Notes under the pieces: generated by a model
What the model saw: only the letters and a program-made list of their open reading frames with translations
The model's database searches: none
What the model was told of the DNA's origin: nothing
Part shown: positions 1 to 10,426 of the stretch, one piece after another
How the letters are laid out: every line of letters starts with the position of its first letter
How positions within the stretch are numbered: position 1 is the first letter of the stretch
Translations under genes and position numbers: made by a program
From: Bacteroidia bacterium
GTDB taxonomy: Bacteria; Bacteroidota; Bacteroidia; M30B66
Reading direction: 5' to 3'
Length of the DNA stretch: 64,000 nt
Assembly: GCA_965279035.1 (NCBI GenBank)
Contig: OZ257142.1
Span: 640,001 to 704,000, forward strand

Positions 1-392
1 TTGATATTTTCCATTGGCAATAAGCCATGAACTCTTGGTACAATTACATCTTCATAATGCGAACGATTGAAAATTTGAATCATTCCTAATTCAGGTGCAT
101 GTTGATGAATTCGCCATAGGAAATCATGCGACTTTTCTTCATCAGTTGGAACTTTGAAAGCCTTCACCAAACATCCCATTGGATTCACTCCACTGAATAC
201 ATTTTTCACAGCACCATCTTTTCCTGAAGCATCCATCCCCTGAATGACAATCAATAAACTATGCTTCTTTTCAGCATACATTACTGCTTGTAATTCCCGC
301 AATCTGATTTGCAGCTCTTCTAATTTCGCTTTGGTTACGTCTTTTTTATAATCCTTAGGTGATTTTGTTGAGATACTTAATAGATGCGACAT
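1..392 (-). CDS. ppk2: Polyphosphate kinase 2 family protein (partial, 3' end runs off the window)
   Basis: Not in the ORF track. Manual translation from ATG at 392 gives MSHLLSISTKSPK...LLIVIQGMDASGKDG...FKVPTDEEKSHDFLWR...IFNRSHYEDV, which contains the PPK2 Walker A (GxDxxGKD) and (F)NRSHYE motifs. Confidence 0.93.
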   Translation of the reverse strand, partial: MSHLLSISTKSPKDYKKDVTKAKLEELQIRLRELQAVMYAEKKHSLLIVIQGMDASGKDGAVKNVFSGVNPMGCLVKAFKVPTDEEKSHDFLWRIHQHAPELGMIQIFNRSHYEDVIVPRVHGLLPMENI

Positions 393-395
393 GTG

Positions 396-1673
396 TTAGA
401 TAATTAAATGAATGATAGTGCTTAAAATACTCAGTGAAATAAGGATGATCATTCGTGGAATTGTGAGTTTATACACACTTTCGGATGCCCAAATTCGAAT
501 ATAGATTGTTTTTAAAATGGTATTACTCAAAATGGCCAACAAACACGAGGTTACTAAAAATTTCTCAGGAGTAACAAATTGACCTTGAAAGAGATTCATT
601 AAGAAAGGGTCGATATCGGTAAATCCGATCACTATCGCTAGGAAATTCAACCCGGAATCACCAAAATACTCAAGACAATATTGAGAAATTATCGAAAACA
701 AGAGATAAAGTCCCGAAAAGATGATCGCTACTTTTAATTCTAAAGGATTGTTTTCTAGTGTTTCGGGAGCAGGAATAGTAGCGATTTCATCTTCCTTTTT
801 TCGTGTTAATAATAGACCTGAAATTCCCGCGAATAAAGCAATTCCGAATAGATAGGGGATAAGTTGAATTGCTAATTCGGGATTGAAAACAAAGGCCAAA
901 ATCCCAACTCGAATATACATTGCCGCATTGGCGAATAAAATTCCTGCAGCATGAGATAATGGACGATTTGTATGTGTTTTACTTTGTCTTGACAAAACAA
1001 TTGTAGCTGCCGTACTGCTATAAAACCCCGCAAGTGCGCCCGAAATCTCTTCGCCACCTTGGGGAAAAATGAACTTGCGAATGAGATAACTCGCATACGA
1101 AATCCCAGAAATAACAACAACAGCTAAGTAGAGATTGTAAAAGGAAATTTGGTCAAAACCAGGAATGGGTGTCGTAGGAACTATAGGAAGGATAAGTCCA
1201 GCCATTGCTAGAAATTTGGCTAATGTGATAAATTCATCATCAGCTGTTTTGCTAATCAATCCTTTGAAAAAGCCCTTCATCTCGGTGAGAATAAGAACTC
1301 CGATAACCAAAATGAGAACTAAACTATTGGGTAAAAGAACGATGCAAGGTCCTAAACTGTATGTTATTAATGCAACAACAAGGCTTGTGATGCCCATATG
1401 TTGTAGTTCTTTACTTCTTTGATAATAATAAACGCTCAGCCAAAGTCCAATAAGTAAACCTCCGCCTGTAAATAATCGCCATTCAATAGGATCGAGTCGA
1501 AAGAGGATAAAACCGAGTATTCCGATGAATGCAAAAGTTCGATCGGTGCCGAAAATTGTTCCTCCTTGTTCGTTCGAATGCAGGCGTCTTTGCTCTAAAC
1601 CAATGAGTAAAGAGAAAATTCCTGTTAGCAATAAATTTAATACATCCGATGGAATACGATCGATAAATCCCAT
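396..1673 (-). CDS. MgtC/SapB family membrane protein with DUF4010-type C-terminal domain
   Basis: N-terminal LLIGLEQR...GTDRTF and GITS motifs (MgtC-like), then ISYASY, GFYSSTAAT and GFTDID motifs; many TM segments. Confidence 0.85.
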   Translation of the reverse strand: MGFIDRIPSDVLNLLLTGIFSLLIGLEQRRLHSNEQGGTIFGTDRTFAFIGILGFILFRLDPIEWRLFTGGGLLIGLWLSVYYYQRSKELQHMGITSLVVALITYSLGPCIVLLPNSLVLILVIGVLILTEMKGFFKGLISKTADDEFITLAKFLAMAGLILPIVPTTPIPGFDQISFYNLYLAVVVISGISYASYLIRKFIFPQGGEEISGALAGFYSSTAATIVLSRQSKTHTNRPLSHAAGILFANAAMYIRVGILAFVFNPELAIQLIPYLFGIALFAGISGLLLTRKKEDEIATIPAPETLENNPLELKVAIIFSGLYLLFSIISQYCLEYFGDSGLNFLAIVIGFTDIDPFLMNLFQGQFVTPEKFLVTSCLLAILSNTILKTIYIRIWASESVYKLTIPRMIILISLSILSTIIHLII

Positions 1674-1707
1674 TCAATAAAAGTAGTGTTTATAGACGAT
1701 TCAGCAG

Positions 1708-3246
1708 CTATCCTGCCCAGTTTTCACGATCCAAACTTCGAAGTTGAATTGCCTCTGCTAAATGTGACAAATCAATCGAACGTGATCCTTCTAAATCGGC
1801 AACAGTGCGCGCTACTTTCAAGATACGGTCGTATGCTCTTGCCGATAATGACAAACGTTCCATGGCTGTTTTTAGCAATTGATTTCCTTCAGGACTAATC
1901 TGACACCAGTTTCGAAGCATTCTCGAATTCATTTGTGCGTTACAATGCACTCCGGGTACTTCTTCGAAGCGTTCTTTTTGAATATTTCTTGCGTGAATAA
2001 CACGTTCTCTGATTGACGAACTCGGCTCAGAATTTCGTTTAGCAGTAAGTTCATCAAACTTTACAGGCGTTACTTCAACATGCAAATCAATTCGATCCAA
2101 CAGAGGACCTGAAACGCGGTTGAGGTATTTCTGAACGATACCAGGTCCGCATACACATTCTTTCTCCGGATGATTATAATATCCACATGGGCATGGGTTC
2201 ATCGAAGCAATAAGCATAAAACTAGCGGGATATTCAACAGTAGATCGTGCTCTTGAAATGGTTACGATACGATCTTCCAAAGGCTGACGCATTACTTCCA
2301 ATACGGTGCGTTTAAATTCAGGAAGTTCGTCAAGAAATAGAACACCATTATGAGCTAAGGAAATTTCACCTGGTTGGGGATGTCCACCACCTCCAACTAA
2401 AGCAACATCCGAAATAGTATGATGTGGGTTTCGGAATGGACGAGTAGAAAGCAATGCGGAGTTTTTCCCCAACTTCCCTGCAACAGAATGAATCTTTGTT
2501 GTTTCGAGTGCTTCTTCTAATGTAAACGATGGAAGAATGGAAGGCAATCGTTTTGCTAGCATCGTTTTACCTGCACCAGGTGGTCCAATAAGAATGACAT
2601 TATGCCCACCCGCAGCAGCAATTTCCATCGCTCTTTTAATATTTTCCTGACCTTTTACATCCGAAAAATCAACTTCAGAAAATAAACGAGCTGCAGCAAA
2701 TTCAGCTTCCGGATCAATCTGAATTTGTTCAAGTACATCTTCTCCCGAAAGAAAACGAATTACTTCTGATAAATTTCCTGCACCGTAAACTTCCAAATCA
2801 CTTACAATGGCGGCTTCACGTGCATTTTCCGAAGGTAAAATCAATCCTTTGAAACCTTCCGTTCTTGCTTGAATGGCAATAGGAAGTGCACCTCGAATTG
2901 GTAAAATCCCGCCATCAAGCGACAATTCTCCCATAATGAGATATTCTGAAAGTCGGTCAGAAGGAATTTGTCCAGATGCAGCTGCAATTCCCATAGCGAT
3001 AGTTAAATCATAGGAAGAACCTTCTTTTCGGATATCTGCAGGAGCCATATTGACTACAATTTTCTTCCCCGGCATACGATATCCATTGAGATTAAGCGCT
3101 GATTCGATTCGTTGTTGACTCTCTTTTACGGCGCTGTCGGGTAATCCAACAAGAAAAAATTTGATTCCTTGAGTTACCGTAACTTCAACTGTAATTGTTG
3201 TAGCATGAATGCCAGAAACGGCACTGCCAAAGGCTTTCACAAGCAT
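1708..3246 (-). CDS. comM: YifB/ComM family Mg-chelatase-like AAA+ ATPase
   Basis: [11 protein letters not shown], Walker [37 protein letters not shown] and [18 protein letters not shown] motifs. Confidence 0.95.
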   Translation of the reverse strand: MLVKAFGSAVSGIHATTITVEVTVTQGIKFFLVGLPDSAVKESQQRIESALNLNGYRMPGKKIVVNMAPADIRKEGSSYDLTIAMGIAAASGQIPSDRLSEYLIMGELSLDGGILPIRGALPIAIQARTEGFKGLILPSENAREAAIVSDLEVYGAGNLSEVIRFLSGEDVLEQIQIDPEAEFAAARLFSEVDFSDVKGQENIKRAMEIAAAGGHNVILIGPPGAGKTMLAKRLPSILPSFTLEEALETTKIHSVAGKLGKNSALLSTRPFRNPHHTISDVALVGGGGHPQPGEISLAHNGVLFLDELPEFKRTVLEVMRQPLEDRIVTISRARSTVEYPASFMLIASMNPCPCGYYNHPEKECVCGPGIVQKYLNRVSGPLLDRIDLHVEVTPVKFDELTAKRNSEPSSSIRERVIHARNIQKERFEEVPGVHCNAQMNSRMLRNWCQISPEGNQLLKTAMERLSLSARAYDRILKVARTVADLEGSRSIDLSHLAEAIQLRSLDRENWAG

Positions 3247-3330
3247 AATAAATAATAGATTAAAATAATAGCGTACTAAAACCTAACGCATTTCAGGCCC
3301 GGAACGGCACCAAAACGATATGAAACGAAT

Positions 3331-3906
3331 TTACATCATTCGTTCAATTCCACCAATAAGACTATGAATTACTTTGATGTGAATTTCTTGCGCCCGATCG
3401 GCATATTCTGATTTGGGAGCACGAATCTCAATATCACAAATCCCAGCTATTTTTCCTCCGTCTTTCCCGGTAAGCGCCACAACGAACATTCCTTTTTCCT
3501 TTGCTACTTCGATAGCTCGAATAATATTTATTGAATTCCCGCTAGTACTTATAGCCAACAAAACATCTCCTTTGTTTCCTAGAGCACTGATGTAGCGAGA
3601 AAATATTTCATCAAAACCATAATCATTTCCAACGCAGGTAATATGCGAAGGATCAGAAATAGAAATGGCTGGTAAAGCAGCTCGGTTATTACGAAAACGT
3701 CCACTTAATTCTTCTGCGAAATGCATGGCGTCGCACATAGAACCACCGTTTCCACAGGAAATAATTTTGCCACCATTTAAAATGGAATTTCCCATGGCTT
3801 GTGTTGCGGATTCCACTTTTTTCAGGTTCTCTTCATTTGAAAAAAACTGCGAAAGCACTTCCGATGCTTCTACAAATTGCGCTTTGATGTATTCTAACTG
3901 CGTCAT
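3331..3906 (-). CDS. gmhA: D-sedoheptulose 7-phosphate isomerase
   Basis: [27 protein letters not shown] and QEIH..IH motifs, with the Zn ligands retained. Start moved to ATG 3906 (MTQLEY), which overlaps the upstream stop. Confidence 0.93.
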   Translation of the reverse strand: MTQLEYIKAQFVEASEVLSQFFSNEENLKKVESATQAMGNSILNGGKIISCGNGGSMCDAMHFAEELSGRFRNNRAALPAISISDPSHITCVGNDYGFDEIFSRYISALGNKGDVLLAISTSGNSINIIRAIEVAKEKGMFVVALTGKDGGKIAGICDIEIRAPKSEYADRAQEIHIKVIHSLIGGIERMM

Positions 3907-4271
3907 TCTTCTTCGTCGTATGGCAAGTAGATGAAACCGGCATTCTCTTTTATCAAGGCAAACACACACACAAATTTGCGTGGGTCTTTGTAATTTTTTC
4001 GGAATGCATCAAGTTTTTCTTCACGTACAATTTTCCGACTTACAAATTCTTCTAATGTAGAAGCGTTGATGCTCCATTCAAGCGCTAATTCTTCTTTATC
4101 GATGATTTGTTTTCCAAGATTTACTTCTTCACGCGAAGCAATAAATAATGGGTATTTTGATACCTGATTATCAAGTATCTCTTCGGCAATTTCTCGAATA
4201 GATTCTTTATAAATCTGCAGGTTTTGATTGAGTTCCTGGAGGTCGGCGGCGTGTTCTTTTGTGTCGAGCAT
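3903..4271 (-). CDS. Hypothetical protein (122 aa), probably conserved in Bacteroidota
   Basis: ORF coupled to gmhA with a 4-nt overlap; globular composition ([31 protein letters not shown]). Confidence 0.75.
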   Translation of the reverse strand: MLDTKEHAADLQELNQNLQIYKESIREIAEEILDNQVSKYPLFIASREEVNLGKQIIDKEELALEWSINASTLEEFVSRKIVREEKLDAFRKNYKDPRKFVCVFALIKENAGFIYLPYDEEE

Positions 4272-4291
4272 TAGGGCTGCAAGTTAAGAAA

Positions 4292-5062
4292 TCAATGCTC
4301 CTGCTTTTTACTTTGCTCTATTAGAAAACGCAATTTGACATATTTCTGAAGCGTGTAGTGTGCAGTAAATCGTGCAATCACCCAACCGTAATACCCATCT
4401 AAGAAACCTTTCCTAAGAATGAAATCTCGAAAAAAAGCAAATCCTGAGCGGATATGAAGGTCAAACCAAGTCGCTTTTTTATTTCGTTTAAAATAGGCTT
4501 GAGCTGCAATTTCAGAGAAGTAATTCAGTTTGCGCACATGTTCTTCGATTGTGTAATACGAATAATGGTAAAGATCACCCTCTAAATGCAGCGTTTTTTC
4601 AGATTCAATTGGACTCGCTTTATCATGCGGATTTATTCCTGACCATCGTACTTTTCTTCGGTCGAATAATCGAAGCTTTGTATCCGGATACCAACTTCCA
4701 TGACGAATCCAATGTCCGCAATAATTGCTTAAACGGTTCATGGTAAAGCAAGAAACTGTTGAGTTTTCCTTCGCTTTTAGGAGTGATGTTTTTAATTTTT
4801 CAGATACTTCTTCATCGGCATCTAATGATAAAATGAACTCGTTTGAAGCCTGATCAAGTGCATAGTTTTTTTGTTCAATATGTCCTTGAAAAGCATGTTC
4901 AATAAATCGTGCCCCCAGTTTTTCTGCTATCTCTTTGGTTTTATCTGTCGAAAACGAATCAACTACAACAATCTCATCTACAATGCCTTGCAATGAATTT
5001 ATGCAACGAGCAATGTTTCGTTCTTCGTTGAATGTAATGATGACTGCAGAGATTTTATGCAT
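4292..5062 (-). CDS. Glycosyltransferase family 2 (WaaE/KdtX-like LPS glycosyltransferase)
   Basis: ISAVIITFNEE, VVDSFSTDKT, LDADE, WYPD...RLF and GFLDG motifs. ATG at 5062 lies just after a -7 element. Confidence 0.9.
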   Translation of the reverse strand: MHKISAVIITFNEERNIARCINSLQGIVDEIVVVDSFSTDKTKEIAEKLGARFIEHAFQGHIEQKNYALDQASNEFILSLDADEEVSEKLKTSLLKAKENSTVSCFTMNRLSNYCGHWIRHGSWYPDTKLRLFDRRKVRWSGINPHDKASPIESEKTLHLEGDLYHYSYYTIEEHVRKLNYFSEIAAQAYFKRNKKATWFDLHIRSGFAFFRDFILRKGFLDGYYGWVIARFTAHYTLQKYVKLRFLIEQSKKQEH

Positions 5063-5100
5063 AGGATTCAAACCTACTAAAAATGAGTAGATATAAATAA

Positions 5101-5126
5101 AAAAGTCTGCCCGTGCGTGGGCAGAC
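5101..5126 (-). terminator. Intrinsic terminator after the XRE regulator gene
   Basis: Perfect 8-bp stem GTCTGCCC-6nt-GGGCAGAC, followed by a U-tract on the minus strand. Confidence 0.8.
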
Positions 5127-5148
5127 CTTCTATGGTGATGGTTTGTGA

Positions 5149-5667
5149 TTAAGATAAAAGTTCAACAATACGCTCAAGGCCTTTGTTGTAGTTTGTTATT
5201 TGATTTGCATCCAATTTTCGAGATGCAAGATTAGAAGAACAGTCTTTTAATACGTCAACAAAACTTCCAATATTTACATTGTTGTTTTCAAACATATTAC
5301 GAACAACTGCTTTGGTATTCAGTTCTTTACTTTCATCATATAAGTTAATGATCTTACGAAGCAAAGCTACTTCAGAATCGTTTGTAGATGAAGAAGATCC
5401 ACTAAAACCTTGTTGTACACCTGAACCTGGAATATTTAATTTTCGATCTAGGCTATCTGATTCTCCATTTAAGTAACGGATGAAATCATTCAACTCAATA
5501 TCGAATATTTTTGATAAATCCGAAAGTCTGTTAAGACTTAATTTGGTAACGCCACGCTCAATTTTTGAATAAGCACCCACTGTAATATCAAGTGCTTTAG
5601 CGACATTTTCCTGACTCATACTTTTGGAAACGCGAATGAGTCTTAAGCGTTCTGCTTGTTTTTTCAT
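5149..5667 (-). CDS. XRE/Cro-C1 helix-turn-helix regulator with an uncharacterised C-terminal region
   Basis: LRLIRVSKSMSQENVAKALDITVGAYSKIERG HTH. Start set to ATG 5667, downstream of a minus-strand TATTTTTG -7 element at 5694-5701. Confidence 0.85.
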   Translation of the reverse strand: MKKQAERLRLIRVSKSMSQENVAKALDITVGAYSKIERGVTKLSLNRLSDLSKIFDIELNDFIRYLNGESDSLDRKLNIPGSGVQQGFSGSSSSTNDSEVALLRKIINLYDESKELNTKAVVRNMFENNNVNIGSFVDVLKDCSSNLASRKLDANQITNYNKGLERIVELLS

Positions 5668-5952
5668 ATATAAAATGATAGATGGTTGATTGACAAAAAT
5701 ACAAACTTTGGAATCTTCTAATGCAATAAATCGATAATTGGACAAAAAAATAGCTACAAATAGACCTTTCTAGCACAGGTGATTTTTTACATGTCAGTAT
5801 ATCAGTATTTTGCAAACATGAAAAACCTCTTAAAAATTCAAAAATCCTTAAAAAATACCCCTTCGGAGGTATACTCTATCCCAATTTGTTATTTTTTGCA
5901 TTTAATATAAAGTGCACTTTAGTAGAATTATTAAACCCATAGCAGGGGCTCT

Positions 5953-5971
5953 ATTTGGAATCAATTCAAAT
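5953..5971. promoter_or_regulatory. Possible Fur-like box upstream of hemA
   Basis: ATTTGGAATCAATTCAAAT matches 14/19 of ATTTAGAATTATTCTAAAT (Fur box reported for Riemerella, recalled from memory) and has TATTTG/CAAATA inverted arms. Confidence 0.4.
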
Positions 5972-6024
5972 AAGTTATAGGCTGTGCTTTGACAATTCAA
6001 TGACATTCTTCCTAACAGTTGACG

Positions 6025-6032
6025 TAATTTTG
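6025..6032 (+). promoter_or_regulatory. Bacteroidota housekeeping -7 promoter element for hemA
   Basis: TAATTTTG matches TAnnTTTG, 16 nt before the TTG start. Confidence 0.6.
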
Positions 6033-6048
6033 TGATCTAGATTTTATT

Positions 6049-7293
6049 TTGAAAGAATTCAAAGTCATAGCATTTACCCATCGTCAAACTCCACTCGACC
6101 AAGTTGGACGATATCATATTGATCCAGATTTACGTGTTTCTAAATTGCAAAATCTCAAAGAGATAATGCAGCTTGATGAACTACTTTATCTGAGCACCTG
6201 TAATCGCGTAGAATTTGTATTTCTAACGGAACTTTGTTTTGATCAAGATTTCCTAATTCGCTTTTTTCAAACACTTTCTCCTACTTGGAGTTCAGACGAT
6301 ATTAGTATAACACTTAGTCAAGCTCAACTTATGGAAGGTGAGCAAGCTATTCGACATTTATTTCATGTTGCAGCTTCTTTAGATTCCCTTGTGGTGGGCG
6401 AACGTGAAATCATTACTCAGGTTCGAACTGCTTTTGAAGATTCTTCCAAAGACAAATTAAGTGGAGATTCAATTCGGCTTCTTTTGCGCAAAGTAATCGA
6501 ATCGGCCAAAGACGTTTTTACTTCAACACCAATCGCACGCAATCCAGTTTCTGTTGTATCGCTAGCTTACCGTCATCTTCGTTCTTTACATGTTAAATCG
6601 GACGCTCGTTTTTTAATTATTGGTGCTGGACAAACAAACAGTAATCTCTGCAAATACCTTCACAAACACGGATTTCGGAATTTTACAGTCTTTAACCGAA
6701 GTCTGCCCAAAGCCGAAGAGCTAGCTAATAATATTGGTGGTGTTGCATTGCCACTTGATCAGCTTCAATCGTTTAATAAAGGATTTGATGTTCTCGTTGC
6801 TTGCACAGCGGCTGCTGATCACTTGATCAATACCGAAACATACAAACACATCCTTCAAGGTGAAACCGACACGAAAATCGTAATCGATTTGGCAATTCCA
6901 TACGATGTTGATCCTCATATCTACAAGGAATTTAAAGTAACACCCATTTTAGTTGAAAGCTTGAAGCAAGCTGCTGAAGAAAATCTTGCTTTACGTCGCA
7001 CTGCCTTAGTTCAATGTGAGGAAATTATCGAAAAACACCTCGCTGAATTTCGTTCCATGTTTCGTGAACGATTGATTGAACGTGCCATGAAAGATGTTCC
7101 TAGAAAGGTGCGTGAAATTCGTGAACACGCTACAAATAATGTATTTGCGAAAGATTTAGAAGGACTCGATGACGCCTCTCGCGAATTGTTGGAGAAAATG
7201 ATCTCCTACATGGAGAAAAAATACATCAGCGTTCCCATGAAAATGGCAAAGGAAATTCTGCTGGATCAACACGAATCATGGCAAGAAAAGTAA
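6049..7293 (+). CDS. hemA: Glutamyl-tRNA reductase
   Basis: LSTCNRVE catalytic motif, SLDSLVVGEREI, IIGAG nucleotide-binding loop, DLAIP.D. Confidence 0.96.
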   Translation: MKEFKVIAFTHRQTPLDQVGRYHIDPDLRVSKLQNLKEIMQLDELLYLSTCNRVEFVFLTELCFDQDFLIRFFQTLSPTWSSDDISITLSQAQLMEGEQAIRHLFHVAASLDSLVVGEREIITQVRTAFEDSSKDKLSGDSIRLLLRKVIESAKDVFTSTPIARNPVSVVSLAYRHLRSLHVKSDARFLIIGAGQTNSNLCKYLHKHGFRNFTVFNRSLPKAEELANNIGGVALPLDQLQSFNKGFDVLVACTAAADHLINTETYKHILQGETDTKIVIDLAIPYDVDPHIYKEFKVTPILVESLKQAAEENLALRRTALVQCEEIIEKHLAEFRSMFRERLIERAMKDVPRKVREIREHATNNVFAKDLEGLDDASRELLEKMISYMEKKYISVPMKMAKEILLDQHESWQEK

Positions 7294-8834
7294 TCATTGG
7301 TTCAAGAGGAAGTGATCTTGCACTGTGGCAAGCACATTTTACCAAAAAACAACTGGAAGATTTAGGACATCCTGTCGAAATCATTATCATTAAAACACGC
7401 GGCGATCAGATTCAACACCTTTCATTTGATAAAATTGAAGGGAAAGGATTTTTCACCAAAGAACTCGAAGAAGCCTTACTCGCTGGTGAAATCGATTTAG
7501 CTGTTCACTCTCACAAAGATTTACCTACTACATTTCCTCCTGGACTTACCATTGCCGGCGTTTCCTATCGCGAAGATTGTTCTGAATCGCTACTCATTCG
7601 TCCCGAGTCATTGGATGAATCTCAATCATTATTACTTAAGAAAAATGCGCGCATTGGAACTTCTTCTTTCCGCCGTCGCTCTCAACTTCTTGCCCTTCGA
7701 AATGATTTGCAAATAAGCGATCTCCGAGGAAATGTTCCTACACGTGTGGATAAACTTCGACATGGAAATTATGATGCGATCGTTTTAGCTTCAGCTGGAT
7801 TGAATCGTCTCGCATTGGATTTAAGTGATCTCAAACGTGTAATTCTTTCACCTCATTTTTTTGTTCCTGCACCAGCACAAGGTGTTTTGGCTTTTCAAAT
7901 TCGTGAAGAAGATGTAGAAATGAAACACATCGTATCGCGAATTCATCATGAGGATGTTTCAATGGCAATTTCTGCCGAACGTGCGGTTCTCAACCGTCTT
8001 GATGGTGGCTGCCTTTTACCTTTGGGTGTTTTTTGTCAACCTATTTCTGATGGCTACCGACTTTGGGCTTCTTTACAACCATTAGATGGAAAGCCATTTC
8101 GACGAATTTATATCCAAGGGAAACAGCCGGAACAACTTGCTCAACAAGCCCTAGATGTATTAACACGAACAGAATCTCGTCATGTTTTTATAAGTAGAGA
8201 AGCTGAGACTTCAAGTGCATTTATAGATCAGGTTCGAGATTATGGATTTGAAGTAAATGCATTTTCACCGCTTCAATTCGAAGCAATTGAAATTCGAACT
8301 TTGCCACTTGCTGATTGGGTTTTCTTTTCCAGTCCTCGATCAGTGGAATTCTTTTACAATCAACATATTCAATTACCAGTTCATTGTCGAATTGCAGCCT
8401 TGGGTTCAGGAACTCTCTCAGCCTTAAATGAGCTTGGTTTGCATGCCGATTTTATTGGAAGCGATGAGGATACTCATACAACAGGAATTTCATTTTCTAA
8501 AATTGCGAAAGGAAAAACAATCGTATTCCCTTGTGCGGAACAAAGCCTTCGGTCAATACAAACTGTATTAGAAGAAAATGCGGATGTTCACGATTTGCCA
8601 GTTTACCGCACCTCATCAAAATCAACTATCGAAAAAGTAAATGCTGATATTTGGGTATTAACGAGTCCTTCTTCGGTTGAGGCACTTCAAAAGCAATTTG
8701 ATATTTCGAAACACTCCTTCGTGGCTATCGGACAAAGTACAGCTGCTGCTTTATATAAAGCTGGCGTAAAACAGGTGCACATTGCGCCTTATACTAATTT
8801 GCAATCTCTCGCTGACTTAGTATGTGGAATTTAA
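7278..8834 (+). CDS. hemC: Fused hydroxymethylbilane synthase / uroporphyrinogen-III synthase (HemC-HemD)
   Basis: The first ~295 aa carry GSRGSDLALWQA, KGFFTKELE, AVHSHKD, RGNVPTR and GGC (cofactor Cys). The C-terminal ~220 aa are HemD-like (FFSSPRSV, VYRT, LTSPSSV, AIGQSTA). Confidence 0.92.
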   Translation: MARKVIIGSRGSDLALWQAHFTKKQLEDLGHPVEIIIIKTRGDQIQHLSFDKIEGKGFFTKELEEALLAGEIDLAVHSHKDLPTTFPPGLTIAGVSYREDCSESLLIRPESLDESQSLLLKKNARIGTSSFRRRSQLLALRNDLQISDLRGNVPTRVDKLRHGNYDAIVLASAGLNRLALDLSDLKRVILSPHFFVPAPAQGVLAFQIREEDVEMKHIVSRIHHEDVSMAISAERAVLNRLDGGCLLPLGVFCQPISDGYRLWASLQPLDGKPFRRIYIQGKQPEQLAQQALDVLTRTESRHVFISREAETSSAFIDQVRDYGFEVNAFSPLQFEAIEIRTLPLADWVFFSSPRSVEFFYNQHIQLPVHCRIAALGSGTLSALNELGLHADFIGSDEDTHTTGISFSKIAKGKTIVFPCAEQSLRSIQTVLEENADVHDLPVYRTSSKSTIEKVNADIWVLTSPSSVEALQKQFDISKHSFVAIGQSTAAALYKAGVKQVHIAPYTNLQSLADLVCGI

Positions 8835-10040
8835 TTATTCCGATTCAAGTTCATTAATAGTCAGCCAAGCCATCAATCCCATTCCAGTAATCAAGGCTTC
8901 TTCATTGATATCGAATGTGGATGTATGAACTCCTGATGTAAAGGCACCATTGTCGCCTGCTGTTCCCAATCGATAAAAACATGCAGGATATTCTTGGGCA
9001 ATCCAGGCAAAGTCTTCGGCGGTCATTCGTTTTTGCAATAATTCCACATTCTCTTTTCCAAGAAAGTCTTCTGCTGCTAGTTGACAACGATTAGTTAAAG
9101 CTTCATTATTGTCAAGAACCGGATATCCTTTTCGAATTTCTACCTCGGCTTTTACTCCAAATGCATGAGCTGTTTCGATGCATATTCGGTGGATGTGTTC
9201 ATGAGCTCGCATTCGCCAATGTTCGTCCATTGTTCTGAATGTTCCTTCCATTTTTACTTCATCTGGAATCACATTGGTAGCACCATCGGCAATGACTTTT
9301 CCAATGGATAAAACAGTTGAAACTCCTGGTGCAGCTAGTCTGCTTGCAATTTGTTGAAGGGCGATGATTAAATGTGCCGCAGCTAAAATGGGATCATTTA
9401 CTTGATGCGGCATAGCACCATGTCCACCTTTGCCTCGAACTGTAATGTATATTTCATCAGTAGAAGCCATGTATTTACCTGCACGAAAACCTACTTTTCC
9501 CGCAGGCAATGAAGGAAATACATGTTGAGCCAAAACGGATGCTGGTTTTTTATCATCAAAAATGCCTTCTTCCATCATCAATCGCGCACCTCCTGGTAGT
9601 TTTTCTTCTCCGGGCTGAAACACTAGAAGGACTTCACCTTTCCATTCACTTCTTAGTTTTTGAAGGATGATTCCGGCACCTAGGACACAGGCCGAATGAA
9701 CATCATGTCCACAAGCATGCATCACACCTTTATTCACCGAGCAATAATCACTTGAATTTATTTCTTGAATTGGTAACGCATCCATATCGCCTCGCAAGGC
9801 AATGGTTTTTCCGTTTCCATTTCCTTCTATCAGGGCGCGAATACCCGTACCAACCCAACCAGATGTAAACGGAATCGCATATTCGTTGAGTTTGGTTTGA
9901 AGAAAGGCACTGGTCTCATTTTCTTCGAATGATAATTCAGGATGTTGATGAATATGCCTACGTATATCACGAATCAATGGAAACAAACTCTTGGCTTCTT
10001 CCTGAATGCACTGTTTTAATTGTTCTTTGGAGATGCTCAT
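8835..10040 (-). CDS. M20 family amidohydrolase (Acy1-like)
   Basis: RRHIHQHPELSFEE, RGDMDALP, MHACGHD, FQPGEE, GKGGHGA and AEDF motifs. Start set to ATG 10040. Confidence 0.92.
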   Translation of the reverse strand: MSISKEQLKQCIQEEAKSLFPLIRDIRRHIHQHPELSFEENETSAFLQTKLNEYAIPFTSGWVGTGIRALIEGNGNGKTIALRGDMDALPIQEINSSDYCSVNKGVMHACGHDVHSACVLGAGIILQKLRSEWKGEVLLVFQPGEEKLPGGARLMMEEGIFDDKKPASVLAQHVFPSLPAGKVGFRAGKYMASTDEIYITVRGKGGHGAMPHQVNDPILAAAHLIIALQQIASRLAAPGVSTVLSIGKVIADGATNVIPDEVKMEGTFRTMDEHWRMRAHEHIHRICIETAHAFGVKAEVEIRKGYPVLDNNEALTNRCQLAAEDFLGKENVELLQKRMTAEDFAWIAQEYPACFYRLGTAGDNGAFTSGVHTSTFDINEEALITGMGLMAWLTINELESE

Positions 10041-10405
10041 TTGGTAAAAATCATTTTCAAAGCGATTAATAAAATGAACACTCCAAATATTTTTCTCAGC
10101 ATGGATTCTTCTATGTTTACGGCTATTTTGGAGCCTAGCCAAGCACCAATTACGAAGGTTGCTCCTATAATCAAACTGTATTTAAAATTGAGGCTTCCTT
10201 CTTTGTAGTAATTGATGGCTGCCATAAATCCAACTGGCATAAGTAACATTCCAATCGAAACACCTTGCGCTTGTTGTTGTGTCATACTTAAAAAATAAAC
10301 GAGTGCTGGAACAATGATAATTCCACCACCAATTCCAACCATTCCACTCGCAATGCCTGCAATTATTCCAATAATGAGTAAGGTAATGATGATCGTCAAA
10401 TCCAT
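10037..10405 (-). CDS. Sulfite exporter TauE/SafE (TSUP) family, half-size
   Basis: SGMVGIGGGIIIVP and AQGVS motifs with ~4 TM helices; one repeat only. Confidence 0.85.
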   Translation of the reverse strand: MDLTIIITLLIIGIIAGIASGMVGIGGGIIIVPALVYFLSMTQQQAQGVSIGMLLMPVGFMAAINYYKEGSLNFKYSLIIGATFVIGAWLGSKIAVNIEESMLRKIFGVFILLIALKMIFTK

Positions 10406-10426
10406 AGGTTTTTTATTAGGCATGTT

